Below, one piece after another: positions 12,608 to 24,578 of a stretch of 64,000 nt of DNA. The stretch's first letter is position 1. Each line of letters starts with the position of its first letter. Both the position numbers and the translations under genes were made by a program. Below the pieces are notes generated by a model. The model worked only from the letters and a program-made list of their open reading frames with translations. It ran no database searches and was not told the origin of the DNA. The stretch is from Felis catus (taxonomy: Eukaryota), in the NCBI RefSeq assembly GCF_018350175.1, contig NC_058383.1, forward strand, positions 29,762,001 to 29,826,000, in the 5' to 3' direction.

Positions 12608-13137
12608 AAGTTGATTCTTGAATGATGAGGGCTTGGGGCACCAACACCCTTGTGCAGTCAAAACACGGCAAACAACACTGGACTCCCCCAAAACTTAACT
12701 ATGCTTAGACCAGAAACCATACCAGTAATGTAAACAGTCAACACGTATTTTGTATGGTATATGTATTATGTACTGTATTTTTACAATAAAGGAAAGAAAA
12801 TGTTACTAAGAAAATCATAAGGGGGCACCTGGGTGGCTCAGTCGGTTGGGCGTCCCACTCTTGATCTTGGGTAAGGTCATGATCCCAGGGTCAGGGATCG
12901 AGATCTGTGTTGGGCCCCATGCTGAGCATGGAGTCTGCTTAACATTCTCTCTCTCTGTCCCTCTCTCTCACTCCTCCTATGCCCCTTTCCCCTGCTCACA
13001 CTCTCTTTCCCTAAAACAGAAAAAAAATGAAAAGAAAAGAAAATCATAAGGAAGAGAAAATACATTTATAGGACTGTATATTTACTGAAAAAAAAATTGA
13101 CATATAAGTGGAACCGTGTAGTTCAAGGGTCAGCTGC
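12608..13137. mobile_element. Tigger2a-like TcMar DNA transposon, itself within an old L1M fragment
   Basis: Degenerate TIRs AGTTGATTCTTGAA / TTCAAGGGTCAGCT; internal gactcccccaaaacttaact. Confidence 0.75.
12822..13036 (+). mobile_element. Can-SINE inside Tigger
   Basis: Perfect TSD AAGAAAATCATAAG at 12808-12821 and 13037-13050. Confidence 0.95.
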
Positions 13138-13599
13138 ATAGCTATTAAAAGGCCAAAACAGGTTCATGAATAGTGAAATAAAACAATCTTTAGACTACAT
13201 TAGAAGAACTCTGTATACAGTATACATTAGTATAAAAATGAGTCTGCATATTTCTATCTCTGCATGAATGTCTGTATCTACACCTATACTTACATCTATC
13301 TAAAACCATCTTTGTATCTATTTGTTTACTTTCATGCAAATAGCATATTTCTGGCAAGATTTATAGGAGCCAAATACCCTTGGTTGCCTTTATGGAGAAG
13401 AACTGGGGGTGGGCAGGAAACCAGAAACAAGAGGAGAATTACCTTTCATTCTATCTGATGTTAAAAAAAACCTATTTGCATGTATTATTTAAATCATTAT
13501 TATTTTTTAAATCAGAAACTACTGGATTAAAGTGTGTGTTTTCCTGATTGAAAAAAAACCAGTCAGCTACACACAAACACATAGCTCCTGCAAGAATGA

Positions 13600-13850
13600 C
13601 ATGTAGTGGCTGGGATGCACATTTGGGGGACAGACTGTCTCAGTTTGAATCCCGACTTTGATGCTGACTAGCTGTGTGCCCATGGCCAAGGTGCTGAACC
13701 TCTAGGATCCTCAAATTCTTCCTATGTAAGATAAGAATAAAAATAGTACCTACCTTATGGAGTTGTGATCATGATTAAAAAGGTTAACTATGTGCCACAC
13801 TGTTAGAACCATTCCTTGCACATGACCAGCACTGAGTGTTTAGACCATCA
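13600..13850 (+). mobile_element. MIR, near full length
   Basis: tttgaatccc...actagctgtgtgcccatggccaag...aatagtacctacctta. Confidence 0.85.
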
Positions 13851-14457
13851 ACAGAGGTCAGTAGGGCAGTGCTATGTCTCAGATGGAGACTCAAGTTCAA
13901 GGAGGTTGGGTAACTCGCCCCAGTCATTCAGGTAGGAAAAGGTATACCTGGGGGATTGGATTCTTTGGGCATCACTCCTGCCCAGCCTACCCTGCGAGAT
14001 TATCTGCATCATGAAATCATGAATTCCCTCCCATAGTGACCAGTTTGCTTTGCATTTCCAGTGGTCTGTGTGTGTTGGGCTGATATGTAGATGGTGGGGC
14101 CAAAGGGAACCGCCAGAAAAGCCAGACTGTTGTGTTGGTTAAGGAGGTGTGTTGTGGGCAGGGCAGTGGAAAGAAGACTGGGGGCTTGGGAGACTGGCCT
14201 GCCCTTTGATGATAGAATGGGATTGCTTCTTATTCCCGGGGAATGGCCAGAAGCAGATGAGACAGAAAGCTGGGCTGCTTCTTTATGGGGTGTGTTGGAA
14301 GGGAAGGGACACTTGGAAACCCAGTTCCACAGTCTCCTGGACCTTATGGATGCGAGTCCATGGGTAATAGGTGAATCATTCACCCACCAGGCAACTGGAG
14401 CTTTCCAAAATAAACTATTCTCCTTCCCACCACTTGTGACAAGTGCCTGTGTATCTC

Positions 14458-14964
14458 TGTAGTAGATTGCAAAGCTGGCCATATGCTCCTCTCCTCAAGC
14501 AGTGCAGCCTGTTTCTCTATCCTTTGAATCAGAGATGTCCCTGTGATTTGTTTTGGCCAACAGAAAATGGTAGAAGGGACAGTGCTGGTTCTGAGCCTGG
14601 GCCTCCTTGAAACTCACTCTTGATATTTTTGAAACCCTCCACCACCTGTGAACACGCCCAGGGTGGCATAATGGATGATGAGAGATACTGAATCAGGGAT
14701 CCCTATCATCCCTGATACAGCCTGCCAACCGCGAGCCACATGCGCAAAGCCAACCCAGGCAGCCCCAGCTGACCATCAGCTGATCACACACCCACCCACA
14801 AGAACCCCGCTCAAGATCCGCGAAGGCGGCTGAGGCCAGGAGAACCTCCCAGATGATCCCAGTCCAAACTGCCAATCCATAGAACGGTGGATGAAATAAA
14901 TGATGGATGTTCTGAACCACAAAGTTAGGGGGTCATTTGTTCCACGGCAATAGGTAACTGGTAA
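14458..14964 (+). mobile_element. MaLR LTR (MLT1H-like)
   Basis: Starts tgtagtagattgcaaa; aataaa and gcaataggtaactg at the 3' end. Confidence 0.8.
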
Positions 14965-15214
14965 GCTGACCATGTAGCAATAGGTGGCATAAGTCAAGTG
15001 GCCAAAACAGCCAGGAGAATCCAGGGCTTCGTTATGAAAATTTTGATTTTGCATCTCTGACATCCAGTCAAGATTTTTCTGGATAAGGACCACTTTTATT
15101 TTAGATTCCACTTGTCTCCTGTCCTTGATTCTTCACGTATGGCAGGCTTTAGACCCAAGGAAAATCTGGACCTGAGCCTCTTCGAGGGGAAGGGGCAGGG
15201 TGGGTGGTTTGACC

Positions 15215-15375
15215 CAGTGGTTTTCAATCTACGGTTGGCTGCTTTCAAGAAATGACGGAGTTGGGTCAAGGAGCTGGTGTTCCAGAACCTCTCCCCATCA
15301 CCCCCTCCATCCCACCAATTTTAATTAGAGCAGTTCCACTTTTATTTGTTTATAGTACATTCATGTAAAAAATAC
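15215..15375. mobile_element. hAT-Charlie MITE fragment (MER103-like)
   Basis: cagtggttttcaa terminus and agagcagttccacttttatttgttt block. Confidence 0.5.
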
Positions 15376-15382
15376 ATTTTTG

Positions 15383-15594
15383 AGGGTAACTGGGTAGCTC
15401 GGTAGATTAAGCGTCTGACTCTTGGTTTCGGCTCAACTCATGATCTCCCAGTTGGTGAGTTCGAGCCCTGCGTGGGGCTCTGCACTGAGAGCGCGGAGCC
15501 TGCTTGGGATTCTCTCTCTCCCTCTTGGTCTGCCCCTCCCCTGCTCGCACCCTATTTCGCTCAAAAATAAGTAAACATTAAAAAAATAAAAATA
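15383..15594 (+). mobile_element. Can-SINE
   Basis: TSD AAAAAATACATTTTTG at 15367-15382 and 15595-15610. Confidence 0.95.
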
Positions 15595-15712
15595 AAAAAA
15601 TACATTTTTGTGTACTCACTCTGCTCCAGTCAAATATCTCTTTGACACTCTGGCTGCCAGACTTAAATGATGAGTGTGTTGGTTCACTGACAGTAAGAAT
15701 CGTCTGGGTTTA

Positions 15713-15926
15713 TCAACTTTTTTTTTTTTTTTTTTTTTTTTGGGACAGAGAGAGACAGAGCATGAACGGGGGAGGGGCAGAGAGAGAGGGAGACACAGAA
15801 TTGGAAACAGGCTCCAGGCTCTGAGCCATCAGCCCAGAGCCTGATGCGGGGCTCGAACTCACGGACCACGAGATCGTGACCTGGCTGATGTCGGATGCTT
15901 AACCAACTGCACCACCCAGGCGCCCC
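15713..15926 (-). mobile_element. Young SINEC_Fc-type Can-SINE
   Basis: Perfect TSD TCGTCTGGGTTTA at 15700-15712 and 15927-15939. Confidence 0.97.
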
Positions 15927-16589
15927 TCGTCTGGGTTTAAAGAAGGGCTTTCTGTGTCCTTTTCAGAAGGTGGGAGCATTTTCCTGGGAAGGTAATTTTG
16001 GCTGTAGCTAAGAGTCATCTGTATGTCTGCCAGGAGGCCGGACAGGCAAGAGCTTGACTTCCTGGAGGTCGGGGTGGGCGGGGAGTGCAGGACAGAGGTC
16101 TGGAGGGGTCTGACTGGCTCACAGGGTCCCGCCAGAGTCCCCTCTGCAGGTGTGCCCATGTGGGTTGAAGGGAGTCCTGAGCACCAGCTCCTGGCCCACC
16201 CCAGCTGCTTCCTGGCACTGTTCTTCCTTCTCCACCCTGCACACACCCAGAGTGTCCCTGCTGCCAGTGACTGTGGCCAGAACTGAGCAGGCTTCCCTGA
16301 TAACGGGGACTTTGACTGCTTCATTCTTCCTTCTGTTCCCCTCCCATCCTCGTCTTCTTTGACCGGGACCTGGCATTGAGCAGCTCGATCAGTGAAGGCA
16401 AGGTCCACCCTCCTGTCCCCTTTTCTTTCTCTGTCACCATCCATTTACTGATAGATGGTCTATTTCCTCTCCTGGTGGTTCTTGCCTTCACACAAAAGGG
16501 GCAGACGCTGGATAAACATTAAGGAGATGGGGTTCAGGAGACTAGCTCTGGGCCTCCCTTTCCTCGACTGCGAAGAGAAGGGGTTGGTC

Positions 16590-17080
16590 TTGTGTTTTGT
16601 TTTGTTTTAGATTCCACATTTGAGTGAGATCATACCATATTCGCCTTTCTCTGCTTAACGTATTTTGCTCCGCATGGTGCCCCCAAGGCTCAGCCATGTC
16701 GTCACAAATGGAAGGATGCTTCCATACCCATTCATCTGTTGACAGACACCTAGGGTGTTTTTTTGTCATTGCCGTTGTGAATAATGCTGCAGCGAACATG
16801 GGAATGTAGACATCTCTTTTTTGTTGTTGTATTGTTCATTTATACTTTTGAGAGACAGAGAGAAGAGAGAGAGAGAGAAGAGCAAGCAAAGAGAGAGAAT
16901 CCCAAGAAGGCTCTGCCCTGTCAGTGCAGAGTTTGACCCAGGGATCGAACTCACCAACTGTGAGATCGTGACCTGAGTGGAAATGAGTAGTCAGACCCTT
17001 AACCAAATGAGCCACCCGGGCACCCCCAGACATCTCTTTGACATCGGGATTTTGCTTCCTTTAGATCTGTACCCAGAAGT
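16590..17080 (-). mobile_element. Old L1 (L1MA-like) inverted segment, ORF2 end to 3' UTR start
   Basis: Minus frame MFAAALFTTAMTKKHPRCLSTDEWV resembles the L1 ORF2 C-terminus. Confidence 0.85.
16820..17027 (-). mobile_element. Can-SINE within L1
   Basis: TSD AGACATCTCTTT at 16808-16819 and 17028-17039. Confidence 0.93.
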
Positions 17081-17462
17081 ACATACAGCATAATGACTGT
17101 ACTTAACATTGCTACTTGGTATATTTAAAAGTTCTGAGGCAGTAGATTCTAAAAGTTTTTACCACATGGAAAAAAATGTTTCTTCTTCTCCCCCCTTCCC
17201 CCTGCCCCTCCCACTCCTTCTCCTTCTCCTTCTTTCCTCCCCCTCCTCTTCCTCCTCCTCCTCCTTGTTCTTCTTTCTTCTCCTCCTCCTCCTCCGCCTC
17301 CTCCTCTTCTGTCTCTTCTTTTTGTATTGATATGACACAGCAGATGCCAACTAAACCTCCCAGGGTCATCATTTCACAATCTCTGTAAGCCAAGTCATTG
17401 GTGGTATATACCTTAAACCTCCCCAGTGCTATATGGCAGTTATACCCCAGAAAACTAGAAAA
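17081..17462 (+). mobile_element. Old L1 (L1MA9-like) 3' UTR, sense segment with CT-rich expansion (about 17180-17320)
   Basis: tacagcataatgact...catttcacaat...accttaaac...gttatacccc typical L1MA 3' end. Confidence 0.8.
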
Positions 17463-18260
17463 CGAAGAGGGAGCTGGCCCCACTCCTCCCCAGACAAGTC
17501 AACCCGAGCCACCTGCGCTGTTTGGTCACATCAGGATGAACTCTGCCCAAGGTTCTAGTCTGAGGCGTCCTCTCTCTTGGTTAAAAAGGAGATTAGCAGG
17601 TGGAAGTCAGGTGTTACACACAGAAAACACCACCAAACTGAGCTGTCATTTTTTACATAATAAGAAGGGTTACAAAGAGTTGAAAGGGAGATGAGGCCCC
17701 TGTTTTGTGAATCTCTGTGTCAATGCCTTCTTTGGGTCCCCATAAAAGCACTAACACCTTAGAGACCTAAAGGCAACGCCGGGAAAGGGACCACACGGGA
17801 CCCACGGTCGAAACTTATCTAATGGTTTAATATCTGCACTCCTTACTTCTTCTGAGTTATTTAAATTCCCCTGTTTTCTGTGGCACTGTGTCTGTCCCCG
17901 GCTAGTGCCACCAGAAGCACTAAATGAACTTGGAGGCCAATTGTGGGAGGGGCCCTGGAAGGTCCCGCAAGAACTTTCTCTCTTCTCTCCTGTCCACCTT
18001 TGTTCCTCTGACTCCTGTTGACCCTAAGTACACACTCATTAGAACACAAGCACCCATACGTTATATGAAAAGCATTTCTCAGGCTTAATTGCTCTTAGAC
18101 CCTGCAGGGAATATGCAGAAGATGAAGTTCAACAGCACCGCTTACTTTAACACCTGCACCGCTCTACAGGCCAGGGAAGCAGCCATGAGAGGGACAAAGT
18201 ATCCTGCCCTCACGGAGCCAATGGGGCGGCTGACAACAGAGCGAGGGGTCAAGAGTGAGG

Positions 18261-18751
18261 GTGGATGGCAGAATAATGGTTTCCGACGATGTCCGCAACC
18301 TTGTCACCAGAACCTGCGATGATGTTGTGTTCCGTGGCAGGTAGGAGTTAAGGCGGCTGATCAAGTGACCTTAAAACAGGGGGATTATCCTGGACAGTGC
18401 AAGCGAACCCAATGTAACCATAAGGACCCTAAAATGTGGAAGAGGGAGGCAGAAATTTGGTCAGAGACACAGCATAATGAGAAATACTTGACCAGCCATT
18501 ACCGGCTTTGAAAACAGAGGAACAACATGAGCCCAGGAAGGCAGGAAGCCTCTAAAAGCTGGGAAAGGCAAGAGAATGGATTTTCCACCCGAGCCCCCAG
18601 AACAGAACATAGCATTGCTGGCACCTTGTTTTTAGCCCCCCGAGACACATTCTGGACTTCTGACCTCCTGAGCCAGAAGATGATACATTTGTGTTGTGGA
18701 AGCCACTAAATTTGTGACAGGTAAGCTACCGCAGTCACCGGAAACTCAGAT
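18261..18751 (+). mobile_element. MaLR LTR (MLT1D-like)
   Basis: ggcagaataatgg...gattatcctgga...ggaaaggcaagagaatggattttc...ttctgacctcc. Confidence 0.85.
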
Positions 18752-19246
18752 CGCGGTTTCCCCCCTTTTCATTTCAGCGATCTTTCTATTCCCATGTGTC
18801 AGAGCAGAACAGTGTCCCGGGGTCTTCAGAAGTCCTCTCCATTCCCCAGGAGAGGCTGGAGGACACAGAGGAAGCAAACCTTGCTGTGTTTTCTGAAAAA
18901 AAAAACCACCCCAAAACCCCTGAAAGACCTCCACATCAAAACCAGATATGATCTTAAGTGGCACTTGAAATCTCATTTTCTTCCCCACCGCTGCAGGCTC
19001 CCCCACCTAAGAGCCTTGCCATATGGCAGTGTTTTTCTGGACTCCTGTGATGCAGACAGCCTTTGACAAAAGCCACCGTGCTGAGGGGGCTGGGGGCTGG
19101 GGGCTGGGGTGGGCTCAGAGGTCTGATTTCAAAGGCCTGGAACTCACAGCACCTCCGGATTTGCTGGGAAAGTAAGAGGGTAGAATTCTTTTTTAACACG
19201 ATTTAGATGTTCCTCCTGCTTTTTGTGCATCTGTAAAACAATATTT

Positions 19247-19464
19247 CTATTTTTTCTTAAGTGTATTTATTTATTTTGATAGAGACAGAGACAGCGTGAG
19301 TGGGGGAGGGCAGAGAGAGAAGGAGAGAGAGAATCCCAAGGAGGCTCCGTGCTGTCAGTGCCGAGCCCGACGAAACCAGGCTTGGACCTGCAAAACCGTG
19401 AGATCATGACCTGAGCCGAAACCAAGAGTTGAACGCTTAACCTGCTGAGCCACCCGGGCACCCC
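19247..19464 (-). mobile_element. Can-SINE
   Basis: TSD TGTAAAAYRATATTT at 19232-19246 and 19466-19480. Confidence 0.93.
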
Positions 19465-19479
19465 TTGTAAAATGATATT

Positions 19480-20215
19480 TTAATACATTTGTGTTGTGAT
19501 GTAGAACACCTATTCAGCAAAGTGAAAATAACTATATGTGTTCAGCTTAATGGATTATTACAAAGCAAGCTCTTGAGAAACCATTACCCTGGCGAGTGAA
19601 ATAGAACATTTCTAGTATCCAGAAGCAGCCTTGTGCCCCTCTGCTGTAACCACTCCCTCCTTCCTTCCCCCAGTGCAACCCCTCTCTCCCTCCTGCTTCT
19701 TTTTAAAATTTCAAAAATAATCAAAAATATCTTCTTTTTAATCTTTAGACTTTAATTATAATTAATAATTAAAATTTCTTCTAATATTTTCTTTCTAAAA
19801 TTTCAAAACTAATTGAGAATTCAAACGATATGAAAAAGGGGAATGATTGATCATGTGGACTCATTTCTTGTTAGTAATTCCTCTTTCGATCGAAATTATT
19901 ACAAAATAGTTTATATATAGTGTGGTCTATAATAATGTACGTGACAGCTGGTACCCACCACACTGCTTAAGGAATGCAACATGATCAATGCGATTGAAGC
20001 CTCATGTGTTCCTTTTCCAGAGCCATCTCTCCTCCCCCAAGCTTGGTATTTATTACCTAGTGCATTTTGTTATATTTTTGCTACCTAGTGACACATTGCT
20101 TGCTTCTATGTGTTTTCACACCATATCATACTGTGCACATTGTTTTTTTGCTCCCACACTGTTTGTGAGATTCACCAGGTTGATACATGAAGTTCTTGTT
20201 CATCCATTTTAGAGT
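19480..20215 (-). mobile_element. Degraded L1ME-like fragments
   Basis: aaatagaacatttctagtatccagaag and tgtttgtgagattcacc blocks. Confidence 0.5.
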
Positions 20216-20235
20216 GACTTGAGCCTCTCTGGATT

Positions 20236-20458
20236 AAAAAAACAATTTTTTTTAACGTTTTAATTTAAGTTTGAGAACGAGAGACAGAGCGTGAGTGGCG
20301 GAGGGGCAGAGACAGAGGGAGACAGAGAATCTGAAGCAGGCTGCAGGCTCTGAGCTGTCAGCACAGAGCCTGATGCAGGGGCCTGAACCCACAAAACTTC
20401 GAGATCAAGACCTGAGCTGAAGGCAGACGTTTAATGGACCGAGCCACCCAGGCGCCCC
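20236..20458 (-). mobile_element. Can-SINE
   Basis: TSD AGCCTCTYTGGATT at 20222-20235 and 20459-20472. Confidence 0.95.
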
Positions 20459-20619
20459 AGCCTCTTTGGATTTTTAAAAAGAAGAAGGAAGTCTCTTTCA
20501 TCTCTGTCCTGTCCCAAGTAACTATCACCGGAGGTAAAGGTAGGTAGAAGTTTGGCACATGTTATTTCCCAGCTTTTTCTATGCAGGCATATGTCCACGT
20601 GCACATACCTGCAAAAACG

Positions 20620-20860
20620 GATCCTTGGAGCAGATGGGAGCCCAGACTCTGGATCTGAATGCCAGCTTCATCACTTAGTAGCTCTGTGACCTTGGGCAAG
20701 TTTCTCCCTCTCTCCAGCTTTCATTTTACTCAACTATAAAATAAGATAATAAATATAGCTATGGTAAAATGTTGGTGGGCCGATTCAATGAGATGATGGA
20801 TGGTAAAGTGCTTACCTTAATAAATGCCTGCATTAGGTGCTCAATAAATGTTTGGGATTG
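20620..20860 (+). mobile_element. MIR
   Basis: ctgtgaccttgggcaagtt core and gtgctcaataaatg end. Confidence 0.85.
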
Positions 20861-21024
20861 TTGTTATTCTCTTATGTGCTTTTCCCACTTAATAATTTAT
20901 CGTGCCATCTTTCTGTGTCTGTAAATATAGGGCTATCCTATAATAGGTAAGTACACATTCACACATATACACATGCACACACACACACACACACGCACAG
21001 TACTTTTAAAAGAGATCTTGTTTA

Positions 21025-21247
21025 GGGGCGCCTGGGTGGCTCAGTCGGTTGGGCGTCCGACTTCAGCTCAGGTCACGATCTCACAGTCCGTGGGTGCGAG
21101 CCCCGTGTCAGGCTCTCGGCTGATGGCTCACAGCCTGGAGCATACTTCCGATTCTGTGTCTCCCTCTCTCTCTGTCCCTCCCCTATTCATGCTCTATCTC
21201 TCTCTGTCTCAAAAATAAATAAACGTTAAAAAAAAATTAAAAAAAAA
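21025..21247 (+). mobile_element. SINEC_Fc-type Can-SINE
   Basis: TSD AAAAGAGRTCTTGTTT at 21008-21023 and 21248-21263. Confidence 0.97.
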
Positions 21248-21869
21248 AAAAGAGGTCTTGTTTGGAAATTCCTCAGTCATGATCAATTTCAACCTATTTT
21301 ACTGGTCTCTTTGTGTACCTCCTGTTTTTCTGTTCTGTAGCCCGTGGGCAAGGCAGGTTGGAATATATTCTTCATAGACTTTAGGAGTTCTCAGCCAGGG
21401 ATGACAATCCTGGTCTCCTAGAGTCCTCTAGATAGAATATAAAGGTTTACTCAGCTTGGATAGAACATTTGTTTTTCATTGACCTCTCACTGATTTTCAG
21501 CATTTCTTCAATTACAAATGTAGGCAACAAACCACAGTGGAAATGATAATTCCTGTGAGTTTGTCACCATTGGAAATCATAGCTATTTTCATATCTCATT
21601 TTCATTGCTACAGAATCTACAAATATCCTTTAGACTCATCACTTTTTGAAATTACACTAGTTGTTAGACTCACTCACTGCGAGGTTTTCTTTTTTCTTAA
21701 TGTGCTAATAAAGAGTAATGTGCACTACATATACACTGCTATTTCCCAAGTTCATTTTACTATTTCTCTAACTACATTTCAATATGATTACTCTCCTTTC
21801 TAGTCCAATGTATTCTGTTTTGTTCATTTCTTAATTACATTTTCTTCATTAAAAATTGTTATCCCAACA

Positions 21870-22037
21870 GGGGCGCTTGGATGGCTCAGTCGGTTGAGCG
21901 TTTGACTCTTGATTTTGTCTGAGGTCATCATCCCAGTGTCCTGGGATCGAGCTTCGTGTTGGGCTCTGCACTGAGCGTGGAGCCTGCTTAAGATTCTCTC
22001 TCTCTCCCTCTCTCCCCTGCTCGCACTGTCTCTCTAA

Positions 22038-22068
<31 letters not shown>

Positions 22069-22098
22069 TAAAAATAAAAATAAAAATAAAATAAAATA
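21870..22098 (+). mobile_element. Can-SINE with (TAAAAA)n tail
   Basis: Head, B box, CT tract, patterned tail. Confidence 0.95.
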
Positions 22099-22368
22099 GG
22101 GGGCACCCGGGTGGCTCAGTGAGTTAAGTGTCCGACTTTGGCTCTGGTCATGATCTTGCAGTTCATGAGTTCCAGCCCCACGTCAGGCTCTGTGCTGACA
22201 GCTCAGAGCCTGGAGCCTGTTTGGGATTCTGCGTCTCCCTCTCTCTCTCTGCCCCCCACTCACACTCTGTCCCCCTCTCTCTCAAAAATAAATAAACGGC
22301 AAAAAATATTTAAAAAATAAAATAAAATAAAATAAAATAAAATAAAATAAAATAAAATGAAATAAAAT
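22099..22368 (+). mobile_element. Can-SINE inserted in the tail of the previous SINE; (AAAAT)n tail
   Basis: Head directly follows the first tail; outer TSD AAATTRTTATCC flanks the dimer. Confidence 0.95.
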
Positions 22369-22599
22369 AGAAATTATTATCCTGAGAAAGTGTTTTGAGT
22401 CTTCACCATATTGTCAAAGGGACCCATGCTGCTACGGAGATTAAGAACCCCTTTTGTTGTAAAGAGACAATAAGTCTATGAAGGCACGTTGCATGTAAGT
22501 AATGAGCAGAGAAATGCTCAGTCCAACCACCTGTGCCTAGGACCGTGACTGGCACAGCATCGGCGCTTAGTATGTATTTGTTGAATATATAAAACTTAT

Positions 22600-23320
22600 A
22601 AGACATGAAGGAGAGCATATGTGGCGTGAACACGTAGAGAAAGAGCTTCTAGGCAGCAGGAAGGGCAAGGCAAAATGTCACAAGGATGGAACCAGCCCGG
22701 CTTGTGTGAGGACGTTTGGGAACGTTCTGTGGCTGGAGCAAAAAGAGCGAGGGGGCGGAATCAGGGGTGAGCCTGGACAGGCCCTGGGGGATGTGAACAG
22801 ACCTGTCAGCCATTGTAAAGTCTTTGACTTCTACTCCCAGTGAAATAAAGAGCCAGTAGGGGGCTTTGAACGGAGGAAGGACATCTTCCCACTTGCTTGG
22901 CTGCTGTGCTGCTAATGGACAGAAGGGGCAAAGGGTGGACTTGGGCCAGACAGCTGTGGAGATGGTGACAAGTGGTCAGGATTTAGATGTGTTTTTGCAG
23001 GTAGCACCAAGGCATGTGACCTGTGATGTCACACGAGTTCCCTTGCTCGGAAGGACCTCAGCCTTGGATTCATGTTCTGCTGTCGCCATCTTGGAATTCT
23101 TAACACCCTTTGGACAAGGGCCCTACATTTTCATTTTGCCCCAGGGCCCCACAGGCTATGTCCCCCGTCCTGGATAGCACTGATAGGATTTGTCAACAGA
23201 TTGGATGTGGGGCAGGAGAGGAAGAGAGGTGTCAGGGGAATGCCAAGAGTTTTGTCCTCAACCGTTGAAGCTGGAGTTGTCACTGAGTGAAGTGAGTAAA
23301 ACTGCAGGATGATCAGCACT
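22600..23320 (-). mobile_element. L2 fragment
   Basis: agccattgtaaagtctttgactt...gataggatttgtcaacagattggatgtgggg. Confidence 0.75.
23008..23172. mobile_element. MER91A-like hAT-Tip100 MITE in L2
   Basis: tctgctgtcgccatcttggaattcttaa...cattttcattttgc; 8-bp TSD GGTAGCAC (23000-23007) / GATAGCAC (23173-23180). Confidence 0.85.
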
Positions 23321-23329
23321 GTGGGAAAG

Positions 23330-24530
23330 CGAGCTTACAGCCGGAGGGATCTTTCTAGAACATTGGTCTCTTGGGAACAATGCTGGAGCCTTCTTTGAGG
23401 AGAGCTATCTCCCCCCCCAAGTTTCCAGCAGAGGGGTGTCCCCATCCCAGTCTGAGTCTGGCCTGATTGGCATAACAACAGCAACAGCTGTGTCCTCCTT
23501 GGGGACAATGGTCTGACCTGAGAGGCCCTGTGCAGGCAGCGGACTTATTTTTAGAACATCTCATTTCTCCTCAACGGCAACTGGGATGTCTGGATGAAAA
23601 ATTCTAAGGCTGGATGTGAATGGCTGAATAAAAACCTTTAATTAAGAGTTAAAGACTTTAATCTGCCTATAACTTGGTTTTATTCCTAAATCCTGCAATT
23701 TTTAAAAGAAAAAGGAACAGAGAGAACACAAAATGCCCGCCAGCACCAAGCCACGAACATGTTGAGCCAAAACAATTGTAGTCTCTTTGGCAATTAAACT
23801 CTCCACTCTCCCCATCGTTGCGAGAAAACGTGTTTTTCTCTCCCTGCCTGAACTGCAAATTTTTCCTCCACACTTGCCAGTTTTGCAGACTCAGCATGGA
23901 ACATATTTCTTCCCCTACCCCACAAACACCCCTGCATGCAGCTGTTTCGTCCACTTCTTCCCTCCTCTGCCCTCCTTCCTCCCTGGTATCCCAGATGAGC
24001 CATCTAACTAAAAGGAAGCTCTACATCTCTTTTCGGCCAGCGAAAAGTAGGGGAAAAAAGTGCCCTCACTCCTTTTTTAAAGATGCAAATTTCCCACAGT
24101 TGGGGGGAAGGAGGCAGGCACTTCTGACAAGGGTGGGTGGGGGGGGGAGATTGTTGTCTGGGAGATGCCAAAGACTTGACATGATTGAAAGGGAGAAAAA
24201 GCTCTTGAGTTTCTCAGATGTAAATAATTGAAGGTTTGCCAGCACTCACCTCTGGACCCACTGGAGCTGCTGGGCGCTTGTGCAGTGGGGTAAACAGAAT
24301 TGCTCAGACAAGCAGGGGAGAGGTAAGCTTCGTAGCTTGGACTTGACTCAGCTAGGAGAGCAGCTGATGAGCACGGCAGAGGAACCCCGCCAATTCAGAA
24401 GCTTCCGGCAGGACTGCGGGTCCCCAGGCACACGGGGCGGGCTGTGGATGTAAGTTGCAAATTCTCCTTGTTACAAAGAGAATTGTGGGGGCAGATGACT
24501 CCTATCGCGGTGAAAGAGAAGAGGAAAGAT
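23330..24530. promoter_or_regulatory. TE-free block, candidate enhancer or alternative promoter
   Basis: Octamer ATGCAAAT 24083-24090, forkhead GTAAATA 24220-24226 and GTAAACA 24290-24296, AP-1 TGACTCA 24344-24350, CCAAT 24390-24394, ETS CTTCCGG 24402-24408, GC box 24434-24441. Confidence 0.4.
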
Positions 24531-24578
24531 AGCAATATTAATATAGGTCTTACTACATACCAGGTTACCTTGTAGGTT

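Larger units (their letters stand above)
21384..22452. mobile_element. hAT-Charlie element (MER113-like) interrupted by a SINE dimer
   Basis: aatgtaggcaacaaaccacagt, tttgtcacca blocks; ends aggagttctca / ttaagaacccct. Confidence 0.75.

Noticed and set aside
15899..16444. Longest ORF in the track (181 aa)
   Set aside because: No recognisable domain, ends inside a SINE, and overlaps ORFs in several frames as expected for GC-richer non-coding DNA.
22036..22368. CRISPR-like or satellite array
   Set aside because: (TAAAAA)n and (AAAAT)n are SINE tails; no repeat-spacer structure anywhere, and the DNA is mammalian.
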